From positions 1 to 24,272 of the IMG/VR virus record IMGVR_UViG_3300022909_000108: a stretch of DNA of 24,272 bases. The stretch is one strand, 5' to 3'. The notes beneath the pieces were generated by a model. The model did not search any database, was not told where the DNA came from, and worked only from the letters and a program-made list of their open reading frames with translations. Of this stretch, positions 9,595 through 19,814 are shown piece after piece (within the stretch, counting starts at the first letter, position 1; every line of letters starts with the position of its first letter). The position numbers were made by a program, and so were the translations under genes. The DNA comes from a virus (Duplodnaviria; Caudoviricetes).

Positions 9595-10677
9595 ATGTAC
9601 AATTACACAGATATTAAAGAAGTACACTTGGAAGTAACACAACGATGTCAAGCTGCATGTTCTATGTGTGATCGTAATATAAATGGTGGTGAAGATAATC
9701 CTCATATTACGAATGCAGAACTTTCATTAGAAGACTGCAAGCGCATCTTTAAGCCAGAGTTTATTGCACAATTAAAAACTATGTATATGTGTGGAAATTT
9801 AGGTGATCCGATTGTTGCTAAAGATACATTAGAAATATTCAAATACTTCCGCGAACATAATCCTAATATGTGGCTAAGTATGAATACAAACGCAGGAGCA
9901 AAAAATGTTGAATGGTGGACTGAACTGGCCCATGTCTTTGGAAGAATGGGGGCTGTTATTTTTAGTGTCGACGGTCTTCGCGATACGAATCATATTTACA
10001 GACAAGGTGTAAATTGGAACAATGTAGAACGTAGCATGAAAGCGTTTGCTAGCGCTGGCGGCAGAGCACGTTGGGATTTTTTAATATTTGAACATAATGA
10101 GCATCAAGTAGAAGAAGCAGAAGCTCTTTCAATTAAATGGGGTTTTGAAAAATTTATCAAGAAGAAAACTGGCCGATTTGTAACATCGAAAGTTAAAGCT
10201 AAAGAAACACACCAATCGGTAAATAGAAAAGGTGAACAAACTGCTGTATTATCAAAACCTAAGAAAAAAGAAAATATAAATTTGGCATTACAAAAACAAG
10301 CTGAAATTGAGAAATCTTATGGCGGTATGAAGAACTATCTTGATAAATGTAACGTTTCGTGCAAAGTAGCTAAACAAGGAAGTATTTTTATTACAGCTGA
10401 AGGATTGTTAATGCCGTGTTGTTGGACTGCTGGCCGCATGTATAAATGGTGGCACGCTGATCCTAAAATAGAACAAATATGGGATCATATAGATGTCGCT
10501 GGCGGCAAAGAAGGAATTAGTGTAATAAACAACGACATTAAAGATGTTGTCGATGGCAAATTAATATCTAGTATTACTAATAGTTGGAAACTTGATAGTG
10601 TTAAAGAGGGAAAATTAGGAGTATGTGCGCAAAAATGTGGAACCGAGTTTGATCCTTATGCTGAACAATTTAAATAA
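9595..10677 (+). CDS. Radical SAM protein with C-terminal SPASM/twitch-like domain
   Basis: CxxxCxxC = CQAACSMC; 'CGNLGDP', 'TNAG', 'FSVDG'; C-terminal 'C...FITAEGLLMPCCW...CAQKC'. Confidence 0.9.
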   Translation: MYNYTDIKEVHLEVTQRCQAACSMCDRNINGGEDNPHITNAELSLEDCKRIFKPEFIAQLKTMYMCGNLGDPIVAKDTLEIFKYFREHNPNMWLSMNTNAGAKNVEWWTELAHVFGRMGAVIFSVDGLRDTNHIYRQGVNWNNVERSMKAFASAGGRARWDFLIFEHNEHQVEEAEALSIKWGFEKFIKKKTGRFVTSKVKAKETHQSVNRKGEQTAVLSKPKKKENINLALQKQAEIEKSYGGMKNYLDKCNVSCKVAKQGSIFITAEGLLMPCCWTAGRMYKWWHADPKIEQIWDHIDVAGGKEGISVINNDIKDVVDGKLISSITNSWKLDSVKEGKLGVCAQKCGTEFDPYAEQFK

Positions 10678-10685
10678 GTAGTAGT

Positions 10686-12110
10686 ATGACAGACAATAAC
10701 CCCCCTTCAGAAACATTTTGTTTGCTACCTTGGGTGCATTTAAGCACAAGACCGGACGGTAGCATGCGAGTATGTTGTACCGCAAACGCAAGTAGCGTAG
10801 GTCCTACGAATGATCACACCCATTATGGCCAAGTTGGTGTTCTTAAAACAGAAGACGGCAAGCCTAACAACTTGAATGTAAGTGATTTTGAAACTGCCTG
10901 GAACAGCACATATATGAAAAATGTGCGTAAACAAATGCTTGCAGGAGAAAAGCCAGCTAGTTGTTTAAAATGTTACAAAGAAGAAGCAGCCGGCCATAAT
11001 AGTAAGCGTATGTGGGAAACTGCGTATTGGAGTCAGCGTGTCGATGTTGACAAATTAATTGCTGATACTAAAGAAGACGGAAGTGTTCCTCCACAGCTTG
11101 CATATATAGACTTAAGATTTGGTACTAAGTGCCAGCTTGCATGTGTGATGTGCAGTCCACACGATAGTAGCGGTTGGATCAAAGATTATAAAGCAATCTT
11201 TCCTGCTGTAGAAAATGCAAGCCTAAAAGAAACTATGCAATGGCAGGATAAAGGCAGCTATAACGGCAGTAGCTACAATTGGCACAAACAGAATCCTACA
11301 TTCTGGAAACAGTTCTATGAGCAAATGCCAAGTATGCAACAAATTTATTTTGCTGGCGGCGAAAGTCTTATTATTGAAGAACACTATGAGATTCTTGAAC
11401 ATGCTATTAAAATGGGCTATGCTAAAAACCTTGAATTGCGATACAACTCAAATGGTGTAGAATGGCGCGAAGATTTGTTTGAGTTATGGAAAGAGTTTAA
11501 GCTAGTACGCTTCCATTACAGTATAGACAGCATTGAACAAATGAATGATTATATTCGTTATCCTAGTAAGTGGACACGCCAAGCAGAAGTATTTCATATA
11601 TTAGACAAAAAAACAAGCAATAACGTAGAAGTTACTGTAGCATGTGCAGTTCAAGCACTGAATATATATTATATCCCTGATCTTATTAAATGGAAACTTG
11701 AACAAGGGTTTAAAAAGATTAACATGTGGCCATTTGGCGCCGGCGGGGTAAATTATCACTTTGTTTATCATCCGCCGCATCTTAATGTTAAGGTCCTGCC
11801 TAATGAATTCAAAGCAGCGTGTCGCAAAAAGTATGAAGAATTTTATCCATGGTGGGAAGCTAATTGGGAGAAAAGTATACCAAGCTGGCATAAAGGCAAA
11901 GTAGACTACGATACTTGGCGCAATGCAAGTTATGGTATTAAACGTCTTGAAGGCATGCTAAAATTTATGGAAAGCGAAGACTGGACTGTGCGATTGCCTG
12001 AAACAAAAGAATTTTTAGATTTATGCGATAAACAACGTGGTGTTAAGTTTGAAGAAACATTTCCAGAAATGAAAGATATATTTAAAGGATTAGAAAATGG
12101 CAGTAAATGA
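10686..12110 (+). CDS. Radical SAM protein with N-terminal twitch-like Cys cluster
   Basis: N-terminal 'FCLLPW...DGSMRVCC...CLKC' precedes CQLACVMC; 'FAGGES', 'YNSNG', 'SIDS'. Confidence 0.9.
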   Translation: MTDNNPPSETFCLLPWVHLSTRPDGSMRVCCTANASSVGPTNDHTHYGQVGVLKTEDGKPNNLNVSDFETAWNSTYMKNVRKQMLAGEKPASCLKCYKEEAAGHNSKRMWETAYWSQRVDVDKLIADTKEDGSVPPQLAYIDLRFGTKCQLACVMCSPHDSSGWIKDYKAIFPAVENASLKETMQWQDKGSYNGSSYNWHKQNPTFWKQFYEQMPSMQQIYFAGGESLIIEEHYEILEHAIKMGYAKNLELRYNSNGVEWREDLFELWKEFKLVRFHYSIDSIEQMNDYIRYPSKWTRQAEVFHILDKKTSNNVEVTVACAVQALNIYYIPDLIKWKLEQGFKKINMWPFGAGGVNYHFVYHPPHLNVKVLPNEFKAACRKKYEEFYPWWEANWEKSIPSWHKGKVDYDTWRNASYGIKRLEGMLKFMESEDWTVRLPETKEFLDLCDKQRGVKFEETFPEMKDIFKGLENGSK

Positions 12111-12993
12111 TTACCTAAGAGAGCACTATATGTTGCCTATGGATCATCCAATAGCAATAGAAAACATGCGCAGACATAGTTCTAAAGCTGAAGTGTTAGA
12201 AAACATGTTTAGTGCAGCTGAGTTAGACAACATATGGAAACAAGCATTTAAAAATGATCGTCAACCTAGACTCAATCGAAACGGTACTGTTCTTATTGCA
12301 GGCGGGTTAGAAGAAATTTACTTAGAGTTTAAAGAACGTATTGATAACTTTATGGGACCTGCTGCTGCATTATCGCCTAGCATTGGAGGCAACTACTTTA
12401 TTACGCCTCAACAATATGGATTGCACAATGACAGTATCAGGCCAGAAGACTTTGAAAACACTTATAAGCATACGCCGCTAAATCACGAACGTAGAAAATA
12501 TACATGTTGGAAAAACTTTTTAATTCCATTATGGATAGGAACACATCACGACGAAGTAGATGGCGGCCAAATTGTATTTTTTAATCAACGTCATATTGAT
12601 TGGGCACATGTATATAATGGCGGAAACAAAACACCAAACATTGCTAGTGTTTACAAAATTACAACAGATTATACTGAAATTCAATTTCATGATGGTGACG
12701 GAAATGCAATACCTAAAGAAAATAATGCAACACCATTTGACAAAACTATGCATAAACTATGGATGAATACTCCATACGAGCGTCTACAAGGTTTAAGTCT
12801 TGAGAAGATTATTCCATGGGAACCTACTATTGGGATGAGTTTTGATGCAACTCAGTTACATGCAAGTAATGAAGGCACAAAAGCAGCTGGCAAAAAGATG
12901 TGGAATAGCAAAATGGGATTACTTCTTACATATCTAATTGAACTAGATGACGACTTATTGCTCGATTGGAGAGCTGAACAAGCTAAGATGTAA
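12097..12993 (+). CDS. 2OG-Fe(II) oxygenase-like protein
   Basis: HxD ('LHNDS') and distal His ('FDATQLHAS'); paralog of 20923-21615. Confidence 0.65.
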   Translation: MAVNDYLREHYMLPMDHPIAIENMRRHSSKAEVLENMFSAAELDNIWKQAFKNDRQPRLNRNGTVLIAGGLEEIYLEFKERIDNFMGPAAALSPSIGGNYFITPQQYGLHNDSIRPEDFENTYKHTPLNHERRKYTCWKNFLIPLWIGTHHDEVDGGQIVFFNQRHIDWAHVYNGGNKTPNIASVYKITTDYTEIQFHDGDGNAIPKENNATPFDKTMHKLWMNTPYERLQGLSLEKIIPWEPTIGMSFDATQLHASNEGTKAAGKKMWNSKMGLLLTYLIELDDDLLLDWRAEQAKM

Positions 12994-13723
12994 ATCGATC
13001 TAACGCTAAAGGTAGTAATATTTCTGCTACCTTTAGATTACCTTGTAAACTTAAATGATGTCCGTCATCTATGCAATACGGATTTATATCAAATTCTTCA
13101 GCAGAAACAAAATCAAATTCTTTTCTAATATCATCATAACACCGTAAGGGAAATCCCGACCGTTGAGCGTCTATAATCTGATGACCATACATTATAAACG
13201 GAATCTTTGAGTTTTCTAATATCTTTTTTGCTAGCAATACTTGCCCAAAAAACTCTGAATTCTCGTCATACTGTATACGGTTCTTAAAGACAAAAAAAGT
13301 ATTTAAATTTTTACCAGTAATTGAATGCCTTTTTGGTACTATACTCTGAGTACTATACCAGTGATAGTTTTTATATTCATAATCGCGTAGAGTATAAACA
13401 GTTGAAGAAGGGTATTTAGGTGTAAACTCAATAAAGTCTTTTTCACTTACTGGAGTAAAATCTAATAAATTCCTACTGTATCCTCTGCCTAACGTAGTAG
13501 ATTGAAAAATTATTGCATCAAACTTTAAATCAGTATCTAATATTTGTAATAATAAATCTATCTGCATACCTATACTACTACCGCCGCTAGCAGTACTGTA
13601 TATTTTGAAATCTTTATCTTTTTCTTTTAATAACGAGTTTAATAATGTAATAGGAGAACTTTGGTTATCTCTAAATGGACTTATTTCACTCCAACTGCAA
13701 CCTAAGTGTAATATTTTTTTCAT
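12983..13723 (-). CDS. SGNH/GDSL-hydrolase-like protein (esterase/acyltransferase)
   Basis: 'LGCSWS' block I Ser, 'SGGSS', 'QST', C-terminal DxxH 'DDGHHLSLQGN'. Start moved to ATG 13723 (ATGA overlap with the upstream minus-strand gene). Confidence 0.7.
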   Translation of the reverse strand: MKKILHLGCSWSEISPFRDNQSSPITLLNSLLKEKDKDFKIYSTASGGSSIGMQIDLLLQILDTDLKFDAIIFQSTTLGRGYSRNLLDFTPVSEKDFIEFTPKYPSSTVYTLRDYEYKNYHWYSTQSIVPKRHSITGKNLNTFFVFKNRIQYDENSEFFGQVLLAKKILENSKIPFIMYGHQIIDAQRSGFPLRCYDDIRKEFDFVSAEEFDINPYCIDDGHHLSLQGNLKVAEILLPLALDRFTS

Positions 13724-14430
13724 ATTTTGTTGTATCCGTTTATCATACAAGATCTAAATTGCTGATATTTTTTACTAGCCCAGCCGTGTACAATTATGTG
13801 TATTCGAGGTTCATCACTGTTATTCCACACAGCATGATTTGTACTAATATTTAACATTCTTATGTCTCCTGACTTCCATGGTATGATTCCGTAATTTTCC
13901 ATGCCGAACATACAGTCATGTGGATTATTCAATGCCAAATTAAATGCCTGTAATTTATTTTTGTCATTATCTCTGTGAGGCATTATATATCCGCCTGGTT
14001 CTAATAGCATAAATCGGACTCTTAAAAATTGATCTAACGGCATTATATTTTTTAAAAAATATGTTGTTTTTGGACACGCATCTGCAATTTCAGTCCAGTG
14101 CATTTCCGGCATAGACGAAATATCGTATTGGTCATCGCCTTGAGTAATATGTTTACCACGTCCGTGCAATACTAAACTTTTCCATCCCCAATGACTTTCG
14201 CCGTCGGATCTATGTTCATAGAAATCGTCTATAAGATTGTATGCCTCGTTATACATTTCTTCATACGGCATACTTAAATCAAGCCGCAACGATTTAATAG
14301 GACTTTCTTCGATAATCCATTTAAGTGCTTCGTCTTTGTTTAAATCACTCGGAATTTTTGGTAGATTTAAATAATGATTTTCTAATTTCCTCTTTTCGAA
14401 GAACTTTGAGATAGTCTGTATAGTACTCAT
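13720..14430 (-). CDS. Aspartyl/asparaginyl beta-hydroxylase-family 2OG-Fe(II) oxygenase
   Basis: 'RVRFMLLEPGGYIMPHRD' (HxD) and 'NHAVWNNSDEPRIHIIVHG'. Confidence 0.8.
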   Translation of the reverse strand: MSTIQTISKFFEKRKLENHYLNLPKIPSDLNKDEALKWIIEESPIKSLRLDLSMPYEEMYNEAYNLIDDFYEHRSDGESHWGWKSLVLHGRGKHITQGDDQYDISSMPEMHWTEIADACPKTTYFLKNIMPLDQFLRVRFMLLEPGGYIMPHRDNDKNKLQAFNLALNNPHDCMFGMENYGIIPWKSGDIRMLNISTNHAVWNNSDEPRIHIIVHGWASKKYQQFRSCMINGYNKI

Positions 14431-15724
14431 ATAAATCTTTCCTCCATTCGTAATTTACGATTTCATCAGGATCTAATGTAAACGTATTTACGCTCTCAGT
14501 ACCAAAGCCTGTCTTTGCTTCACTACTAGGCAAAATACCCCGAATAAAGCTATTGTTATTTTTTAATCTCTCATTATGTGCAAGAATCTTGATCATTAGA
14601 TTAAAATGTATTTGACTAAACAAATAGTATGTTTTTCTATAAGAAAGTATATTGCTAAAGTTGTATAATGTTACACAGTACTCTTGTATTTGATTGCTTA
14701 ATTGTTCTATTTCAAAAAAGCTCTCTCTATTATAAAATATATTCAATTTTTGCAATCTTAATTTTAAACTATTCCAATCAGTGGTTAAATTTTCTAAAAA
14801 CTCTTTTTCGTAATTGTCTATTTTATCTTTATTAGAATCGTGTAATGCTAACCCAGTATTGTAACAAAATTCTGCAAAGTTAGTTCCGTCATACTCTTTT
14901 ATTAATTTTTTTGTAAATTCTAACTGTTTCGAATTAATATCTTTAAAATCAACTGTATGTAAATTAGGACAGCGATCTACAATTGCAAGTGCTTGTAGTC
15001 CGTTTGCTGGTGTTACGAGTTTCTGAACGGTGGGCATTTCTTCAGAAATTAATGGCTCAGTTGCACAATTAAATACAGTGTCGGTCATGTTAGTTTCTAT
15101 TCGAAGATAGCTTCCGTATTTAAGAGCAAGATCATTATACAAATAAAATTTATGTTTGCGTTCTTCTTCAGACCATGGTCTAATTTGAAAATTATTTTCA
15201 AGTAATTTAGAAATAATTAATGCACCCGGTTTAACATTTTTAAATTCCGTTTTACCATTTCCTTTAGTAACAGAAATTGGAGTATATCCGTCATGAAATG
15301 TCTCAACACTCCGAGCAATATTTTGCAAGTCGGCAGTCATTCCTCCGCTGTAAGTAGGGCATCCTATAGATCTATAAGATTCAGTATGTATTATAAAACA
15401 TTGTTCATGCAACTCGTAATACTCTTCATTCTTATCTAATAAATGTCCTATTAGTGAATAACCTTTTAAATTTTTTCCGGTTAATTCTCTTAAATAGTAC
15501 GGATCAAATGTTCCGCTTGGCTTAGTAAACAATGCATACTCGACTGATTCTGTTTTTAAACACTCAAACGCTGAGTTATAATCTGTAAAATACTTGTATT
15601 CGATGTCGTGCCTTACTGATCCTTCGAGTAAATTATAATTTACTTCGCGACATAGTGGATCTTTAACATTTTTATCATCTACAATGTATATTGTAAATTG
15701 ATTTCTGATAGGTTTTCTTCTCAT
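14345..15724 (-). CDS. Hypothetical two-domain protein, C-terminal half possibly methyltransferase-fold
   Basis: Long ORF; start moved to ATG 15724 (GGAG RBS at 15733-15730). C-terminal 'TPANGL...VDFKDIN...LYNFSNILSY' only loosely resembles a Rossmann SAM-binding fold. Confidence 0.55.
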   Translation of the reverse strand: MRRKPIRNQFTIYIVDDKNVKDPLCREVNYNLLEGSVRHDIEYKYFTDYNSAFECLKTESVEYALFTKPSGTFDPYYLRELTGKNLKGYSLIGHLLDKNEEYYELHEQCFIIHTESYRSIGCPTYSGGMTADLQNIARSVETFHDGYTPISVTKGNGKTEFKNVKPGALIISKLLENNFQIRPWSEEERKHKFYLYNDLALKYGSYLRIETNMTDTVFNCATEPLISEEMPTVQKLVTPANGLQALAIVDRCPNLHTVDFKDINSKQLEFTKKLIKEYDGTNFAEFCYNTGLALHDSNKDKIDNYEKEFLENLTTDWNSLKLRLQKLNIFYNRESFFEIEQLSNQIQEYCVTLYNFSNILSYRKTYYLFSQIHFNLMIKILAHNERLKNNNSFIRGILPSSEAKTGFGTESVNTFTLDPDEIVNYEWRKDLYEYYTDYLKVLRKEEIRKSLFKSTKNSE

Positions 15725-15742
15725 TTTCTCTCCGTCCAATGT

Positions 15743-15773
15743 TATTTATTAACTAAGCATATAATGATAAATA
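15743..15773. promoter_or_regulatory. Divergent pair of T4-late-type promoter boxes
   Basis: ATAAATA on the minus strand (TATTTAT at 15743-15749) and on the plus strand (15767-15773), in the 54-nt gap between divergent ATGs at 15724 and 15779. Confidence 0.65.
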
Positions 15774-15778
15774 TTTTC

Positions 15779-16990
15779 ATGATATGTAGTAAACAATTTA
15801 CAGACCTCAATTTAAGACTGTTTGCACACAGTGTAAAAAATTGTTGCAAAACACTCGAAACAAATTTTACATTAGAAGACATTGAAAAATATGGACCTAA
15901 TGTATTTTCTATGCAAGCTGATATAGCCGAGCGCAGGCGTGCATTAGTATACGATGATCAATTGCCAGCAGCTTGTAAATATTGTATAGAAGCAGAACCT
16001 AACAGTATGCGTAAACTTTGGAATCGATGGGATGAACCTAAGACAGACACTGAAAAAGAAGTTATCAGTGAGACTGATTGGATTAATTATATCGAAATAG
16101 TTAATAGTACAGCATGTGATTTAGCTTGTATATATTGCAATGCTGAAAACAGTAGCACATGGGCTAAAGAAATGGGCGTTCCTATTTACAAAGCAGACTT
16201 GCATTGGAAAAATAAACTTTTAGAAAATTTTTATTTGTATTTAGAACAAAAAGATTATTCTAAAATTCCAGAAATGACATTTGCTTTTTCGGGCGGAGAG
16301 CCTACATACGACAATGAAACATTTGATCTTATTGAAAAGATTGTTCAAATTTGTAAAAACAAAACAAAAATACGGATTGATATAACTAGTAATTTTAATA
16401 CTAAACCTAAACAGTTAGACAAGTTTATAAAATTAATATCTGAGAGTGCTGACATTAAATGGACATGGGTTGCAAGTATTGATGATATTTACGAAAGAAA
16501 CGATGCTATAAGATTTCATAGTAACTTTTCAATCATAGAAGAAAACATCAAAAAGCTATACAATCTTGATAATGTTATGCTTTGCATATTACCTAGTATT
16601 AATGTATTCTGTTTACCTTATCTTAAAGAGTTTGTTAATTATTTTACAAAGTTGCTCGGAAAAGAAAACTATATTAGTAAATGGCACTTTGGACAAAATA
16701 CAATTACGGGCCCTGAATATCTCAGTCCTTATATGTTAGATAAGTCTTACGAATCATTTATAGATAGCGCAATTGAAGAATCTAATAAATTACCTAATAT
16801 ATCAAATAGTGTTCACATACAATGGATATCACATTTAGAAAATATTAAAAATAATTTAGGATTATATAACGAAAATAAATGGTGGAAAATTTTACGTGGG
16901 TTTTCTAGTCAACGAGCTGCTGCACGAAACGGTATTAATATACTAGATACATTTCCGCACTTGCAAAATAAAATACAAGAGGTAGCATAA
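15779..16990 (+). CDS. Radical SAM protein with N-terminal twitch-like Cys cluster
   Basis: 'MICSKQF...NCC...CKYC' then CDLACIYC; 'FSGGEPT', 'TSN', 'SIDD'. Start moved to ATG 15779 so the N-terminus aligns with paralogs 10686 and 18588. Confidence 0.88.
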   Translation: MICSKQFTDLNLRLFAHSVKNCCKTLETNFTLEDIEKYGPNVFSMQADIAERRRALVYDDQLPAACKYCIEAEPNSMRKLWNRWDEPKTDTEKEVISETDWINYIEIVNSTACDLACIYCNAENSSTWAKEMGVPIYKADLHWKNKLLENFYLYLEQKDYSKIPEMTFAFSGGEPTYDNETFDLIEKIVQICKNKTKIRIDITSNFNTKPKQLDKFIKLISESADIKWTWVASIDDIYERNDAIRFHSNFSIIEENIKKLYNLDNVMLCILPSINVFCLPYLKEFVNYFTKLLGKENYISKWHFGQNTITGPEYLSPYMLDKSYESFIDSAIEESNKLPNISNSVHIQWISHLENIKNNLGLYNENKWWKILRGFSSQRAAARNGINILDTFPHLQNKIQEVA

Positions 16991-18048
16991 TGTGGCCATT
17001 AGAATCTAAAGACATAGAACAATTGCATTTCGATCTTACAAATTTTTGTAATGCAAAATGTCCCGAATGTGTAAGAGAAATTGATAGTTTATGTCGTCCG
17101 TTTTTAGATAAAGACATGCTATCTTTAGAATTGATAAAAGAAAGATTTACAAAAGAACAGCTACCAAGATTAAACGCTGTTAGATTTTGTGGTAGTTTCG
17201 GCGATCCATTAACTCATCCAAAACTATACGAAATTACACAGCATTTTATAGACGAATGGCCTGACATTAAAATTATTTGTAGTACAAACGGCGGATTAAA
17301 AAATGAAAAAGATTGGAAAAAATTAGCAGAACTATATCAAGGCAACCGCTGGATTGTATTTGGCATTGATGGCTTAGAAGATACTAACCACAAATATCGC
17401 GTAGGCGTAAATTGGAATAAACTAAATCAAAACATTAAAGCGTTTATAGATGCAGGCGGATGTGCCCATTGGCAATTTATTGTATTTCCGTGGAATGAAC
17501 ATCAAGTTTTAGATGCCCGATCATATAGTATAGATGTTGGATTTCAAAACTTTTTTATAATACAAAGTCATAGGAACGGAGCTACTGATAGCATGTATAG
17601 TAATAAAACTATCGAGTTTCAGTTTGAGATGTTAGAAAAAATTAGTAAAAAGAAATCTAAAAAATGGAACGATATAATGGGAATGCAAAAGATTAGGAAT
17701 GATCCTACTCGAAAAGCATTGCCAGAAAATACTACAACTATTGATTGTGAAGTTATTGGAAATCGCGATATTATGATTATGGCAACAGGTGCAGTATATC
17801 CGTGTTGCCACCTCGGCGCAAGAATGTTTAATAACGACAAAAAATTAAAGTTATGGTATGAGTTGGCCGGCGGCACAGATACATTTAATCTAAAAAATCA
17901 CACAATGGATGAAATTATCAAAGGTAAGTTCTTTTCGATTATACATGATAGCTGGGCAATAGCGCAAGAAAATCAACTAGGAAAATGCAGTGCCTGTATT
18001 GAAACCTGCGGTACTAAAAAACGGTTAGATAAAAAATATGTCTTGTAA
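16990..18048 (+). CDS. Radical SAM protein with C-terminal SPASM/twitch-like domain, paralog of 9595-10677
   Basis: CNAKCPEC; 'CGSFGDP', 'TNGG', 'FGIDG', 'NEHQV'; C-terminal 'GAVYPCC...CIETCG'; GAGG RBS. Confidence 0.9.
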   Translation: MWPLESKDIEQLHFDLTNFCNAKCPECVREIDSLCRPFLDKDMLSLELIKERFTKEQLPRLNAVRFCGSFGDPLTHPKLYEITQHFIDEWPDIKIICSTNGGLKNEKDWKKLAELYQGNRWIVFGIDGLEDTNHKYRVGVNWNKLNQNIKAFIDAGGCAHWQFIVFPWNEHQVLDARSYSIDVGFQNFFIIQSHRNGATDSMYSNKTIEFQFEMLEKISKKKSKKWNDIMGMQKIRNDPTRKALPENTTTIDCEVIGNRDIMIMATGAVYPCCHLGARMFNNDKKLKLWYELAGGTDTFNLKNHTMDEIIKGKFFSIIHDSWAIAQENQLGKCSACIETCGTKKRLDKKYVL

Positions 18049-18595
18049 AATATTAATAAGTGGCAATTCTAATTTTGGGTTAGCTAAAGAACTTAAAAAA
18101 ATATATATTGACGCAAATTTTGCCAGCCGGGCATCGGGCTTTGATCTTACTACAACTTCAGGTCAAGAATTATTTGCAAAATTAGCTCAACACCACGACG
18201 TAGTAGTTATTAACAGTGCCTTATGGAAATTTAATCAAACTGTGTTATTAGATACTGTTTATAAAAAACTAATTGAAGTAAAAAAACCTACAAGAATTAT
18301 TTGCGTAGGTAGCACAACTGATAGAGTAAAAAATGGAAAAGCCTGGTTATATAATGCTGAAAAAAAAGCGTTAAGAGATTATTCAAACACTTTAGCAATC
18401 AGCGGAGTGTGGAATAGTGATGCACCTAAAGTTAGTTATATTAGTTTTGGCACACTAACAAACAATCAGGAAAAACACCCTGATCGAAAATGCTTAAACA
18501 TTAGTAAAGCAGCTGAATATATTAAATGGCTAATTGATCAACCTAGCGATATTAATATTAATGAAATCAGCATAGATAGGATGCAACATGACTAA
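18038..18595 (+). CDS. Short-chain dehydrogenase/reductase (SDR)-like NAD(P)-binding protein
   Basis: N-terminal 'ILISGNSNFGLA' glycine motif, 'INSA', 'VGS', catalytic YxxxK ('YNAEK'). Confidence 0.75.
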   Translation: MSCKILISGNSNFGLAKELKKIYIDANFASRASGFDLTTTSGQELFAKLAQHHDVVVINSALWKFNQTVLLDTVYKKLIEVKKPTRIICVGSTTDRVKNGKAWLYNAEKKALRDYSNTLAISGVWNSDAPKVSYISFGTLTNNQEKHPDRKCLNISKAAEYIKWLIDQPSDININEISIDRMQHD

Positions 18596-19802
18596 TCCAT
18601 TAAAAAGTCATCCTACGTTTTGTCCTCATCTTTGGCAACATTTTAGTACAGATCCTAATGGACTAGTAAAGTTTTGCTGTGAAGCAGCTCACATGAATGA
18701 CAACGAGCTTGATTTGTCAACCTATACAATTAAAGAAATATTTAATAGTAATGCTTACAACACGATTAGAAGAAATAATCTTAGAAGAATTAAAAATCGA
18801 GAGTGTGCATCGTGTTGGAATAAAGAAGCAAAGGGCCTTAAAAGCAAGCGACAACTTGATATAGATGCAATTGACGATCCAGCAGTAGCCAACAATATGG
18901 AACGTTGGTCTAACAGCGAAGACATAGTGCCGATATATTATAATTTGCAAGTTTCAAAAACTTGTAACCAAGCATGCATAATGTGCGAACCATTCTATTC
19001 AAGTTTAATTGAATCAATATATAATCGAACCGATCCAGCTGTTGCTGAAAAGTTTAATTTTGATAGATGGAATAGAAATAGCGTTCCATTTAAAAATATT
19101 GCCAAAGTTCCAAAATTTTGGGAAGGACTTTCTGAAGTAGACAGTCAGTTAACACAGTTGTATGTTACTGGCGGAGAACCGTTTATAATAAAAGAACTTT
19201 GGACATATATTGAGTCATTAGTAACTAGAGGCTATGCAAAAAATATAAATTTTTGGTGCAACACTAACTTTAGTAAAATAACGTCTGCTCAATTAGATTT
19301 ATTGTTAGAATTTAGGTCAGTTGAATTAAATTTAAGTATAGATGCATACGGAGACACATTAGAATATTTACGCCATGCATCTAATTGGAAAACTATTAAC
19401 CAAAATATTGATCTTGCAATGCCTTATATAAAAGAAAATTTTAAGATTACAATAGTGCCGGTAATGCATGCGTTAAGTATTATAGAACTTGATCAATTAA
19501 TAATTTGGTGGAATGACAAAATGAAAGGCAAAGCATGCAAAATAAATCCTATAATTCTCACTTCACCTTTTTCTATGACATTAGATAGTTTACCTAGTAA
19601 ATATCTTGTTGGACTAAAAGAAAAAATTAACGCAGTACTTGATGAATCATCGGCAGAACATTTTTTAAATGTATTTCAGTCAATAGACAATCATTGCTTT
19701 AATTTAGAAAATAATAAACAATTAAGAAGCGAACTTGAATTTTTTAAACACGTAATGAAAAAAGATTTTCCAAACAAGTTCGATTACATATATGATATAT
19801 AG
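18588..19802 (+). CDS. Radical SAM protein with N-terminal twitch-like Cys cluster, paralog of 10686-12110
   Basis: 'FCPHLW...NGLVKFCC...CASC' then CNQACIMC; 'TGGEPF', 'NTN', 'LSIDA'. Confidence 0.9.
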   Translation: MTNPLKSHPTFCPHLWQHFSTDPNGLVKFCCEAAHMNDNELDLSTYTIKEIFNSNAYNTIRRNNLRRIKNRECASCWNKEAKGLKSKRQLDIDAIDDPAVANNMERWSNSEDIVPIYYNLQVSKTCNQACIMCEPFYSSLIESIYNRTDPAVAEKFNFDRWNRNSVPFKNIAKVPKFWEGLSEVDSQLTQLYVTGGEPFIIKELWTYIESLVTRGYAKNINFWCNTNFSKITSAQLDLLLEFRSVELNLSIDAYGDTLEYLRHASNWKTINQNIDLAMPYIKENFKITIVPVMHALSIIELDQLIIWWNDKMKGKACKINPIILTSPFSMTLDSLPSKYLVGLKEKINAVLDESSAEHFLNVFQSIDNHCFNLENNKQLRSELEFFKHVMKKDFPNKFDYIYDI

Positions 19803-19814
19803 AGAAGCAAACTT

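Noticed and set aside
15698-15778. Longer N-terminus for the radical SAM ORF and a head-to-head overlap with the minus-strand ORF starting at 15739
   Set aside because: ATGs at 15779 and 15724 fit paralog alignment, RBS and promoter positions better and remove the overlap.
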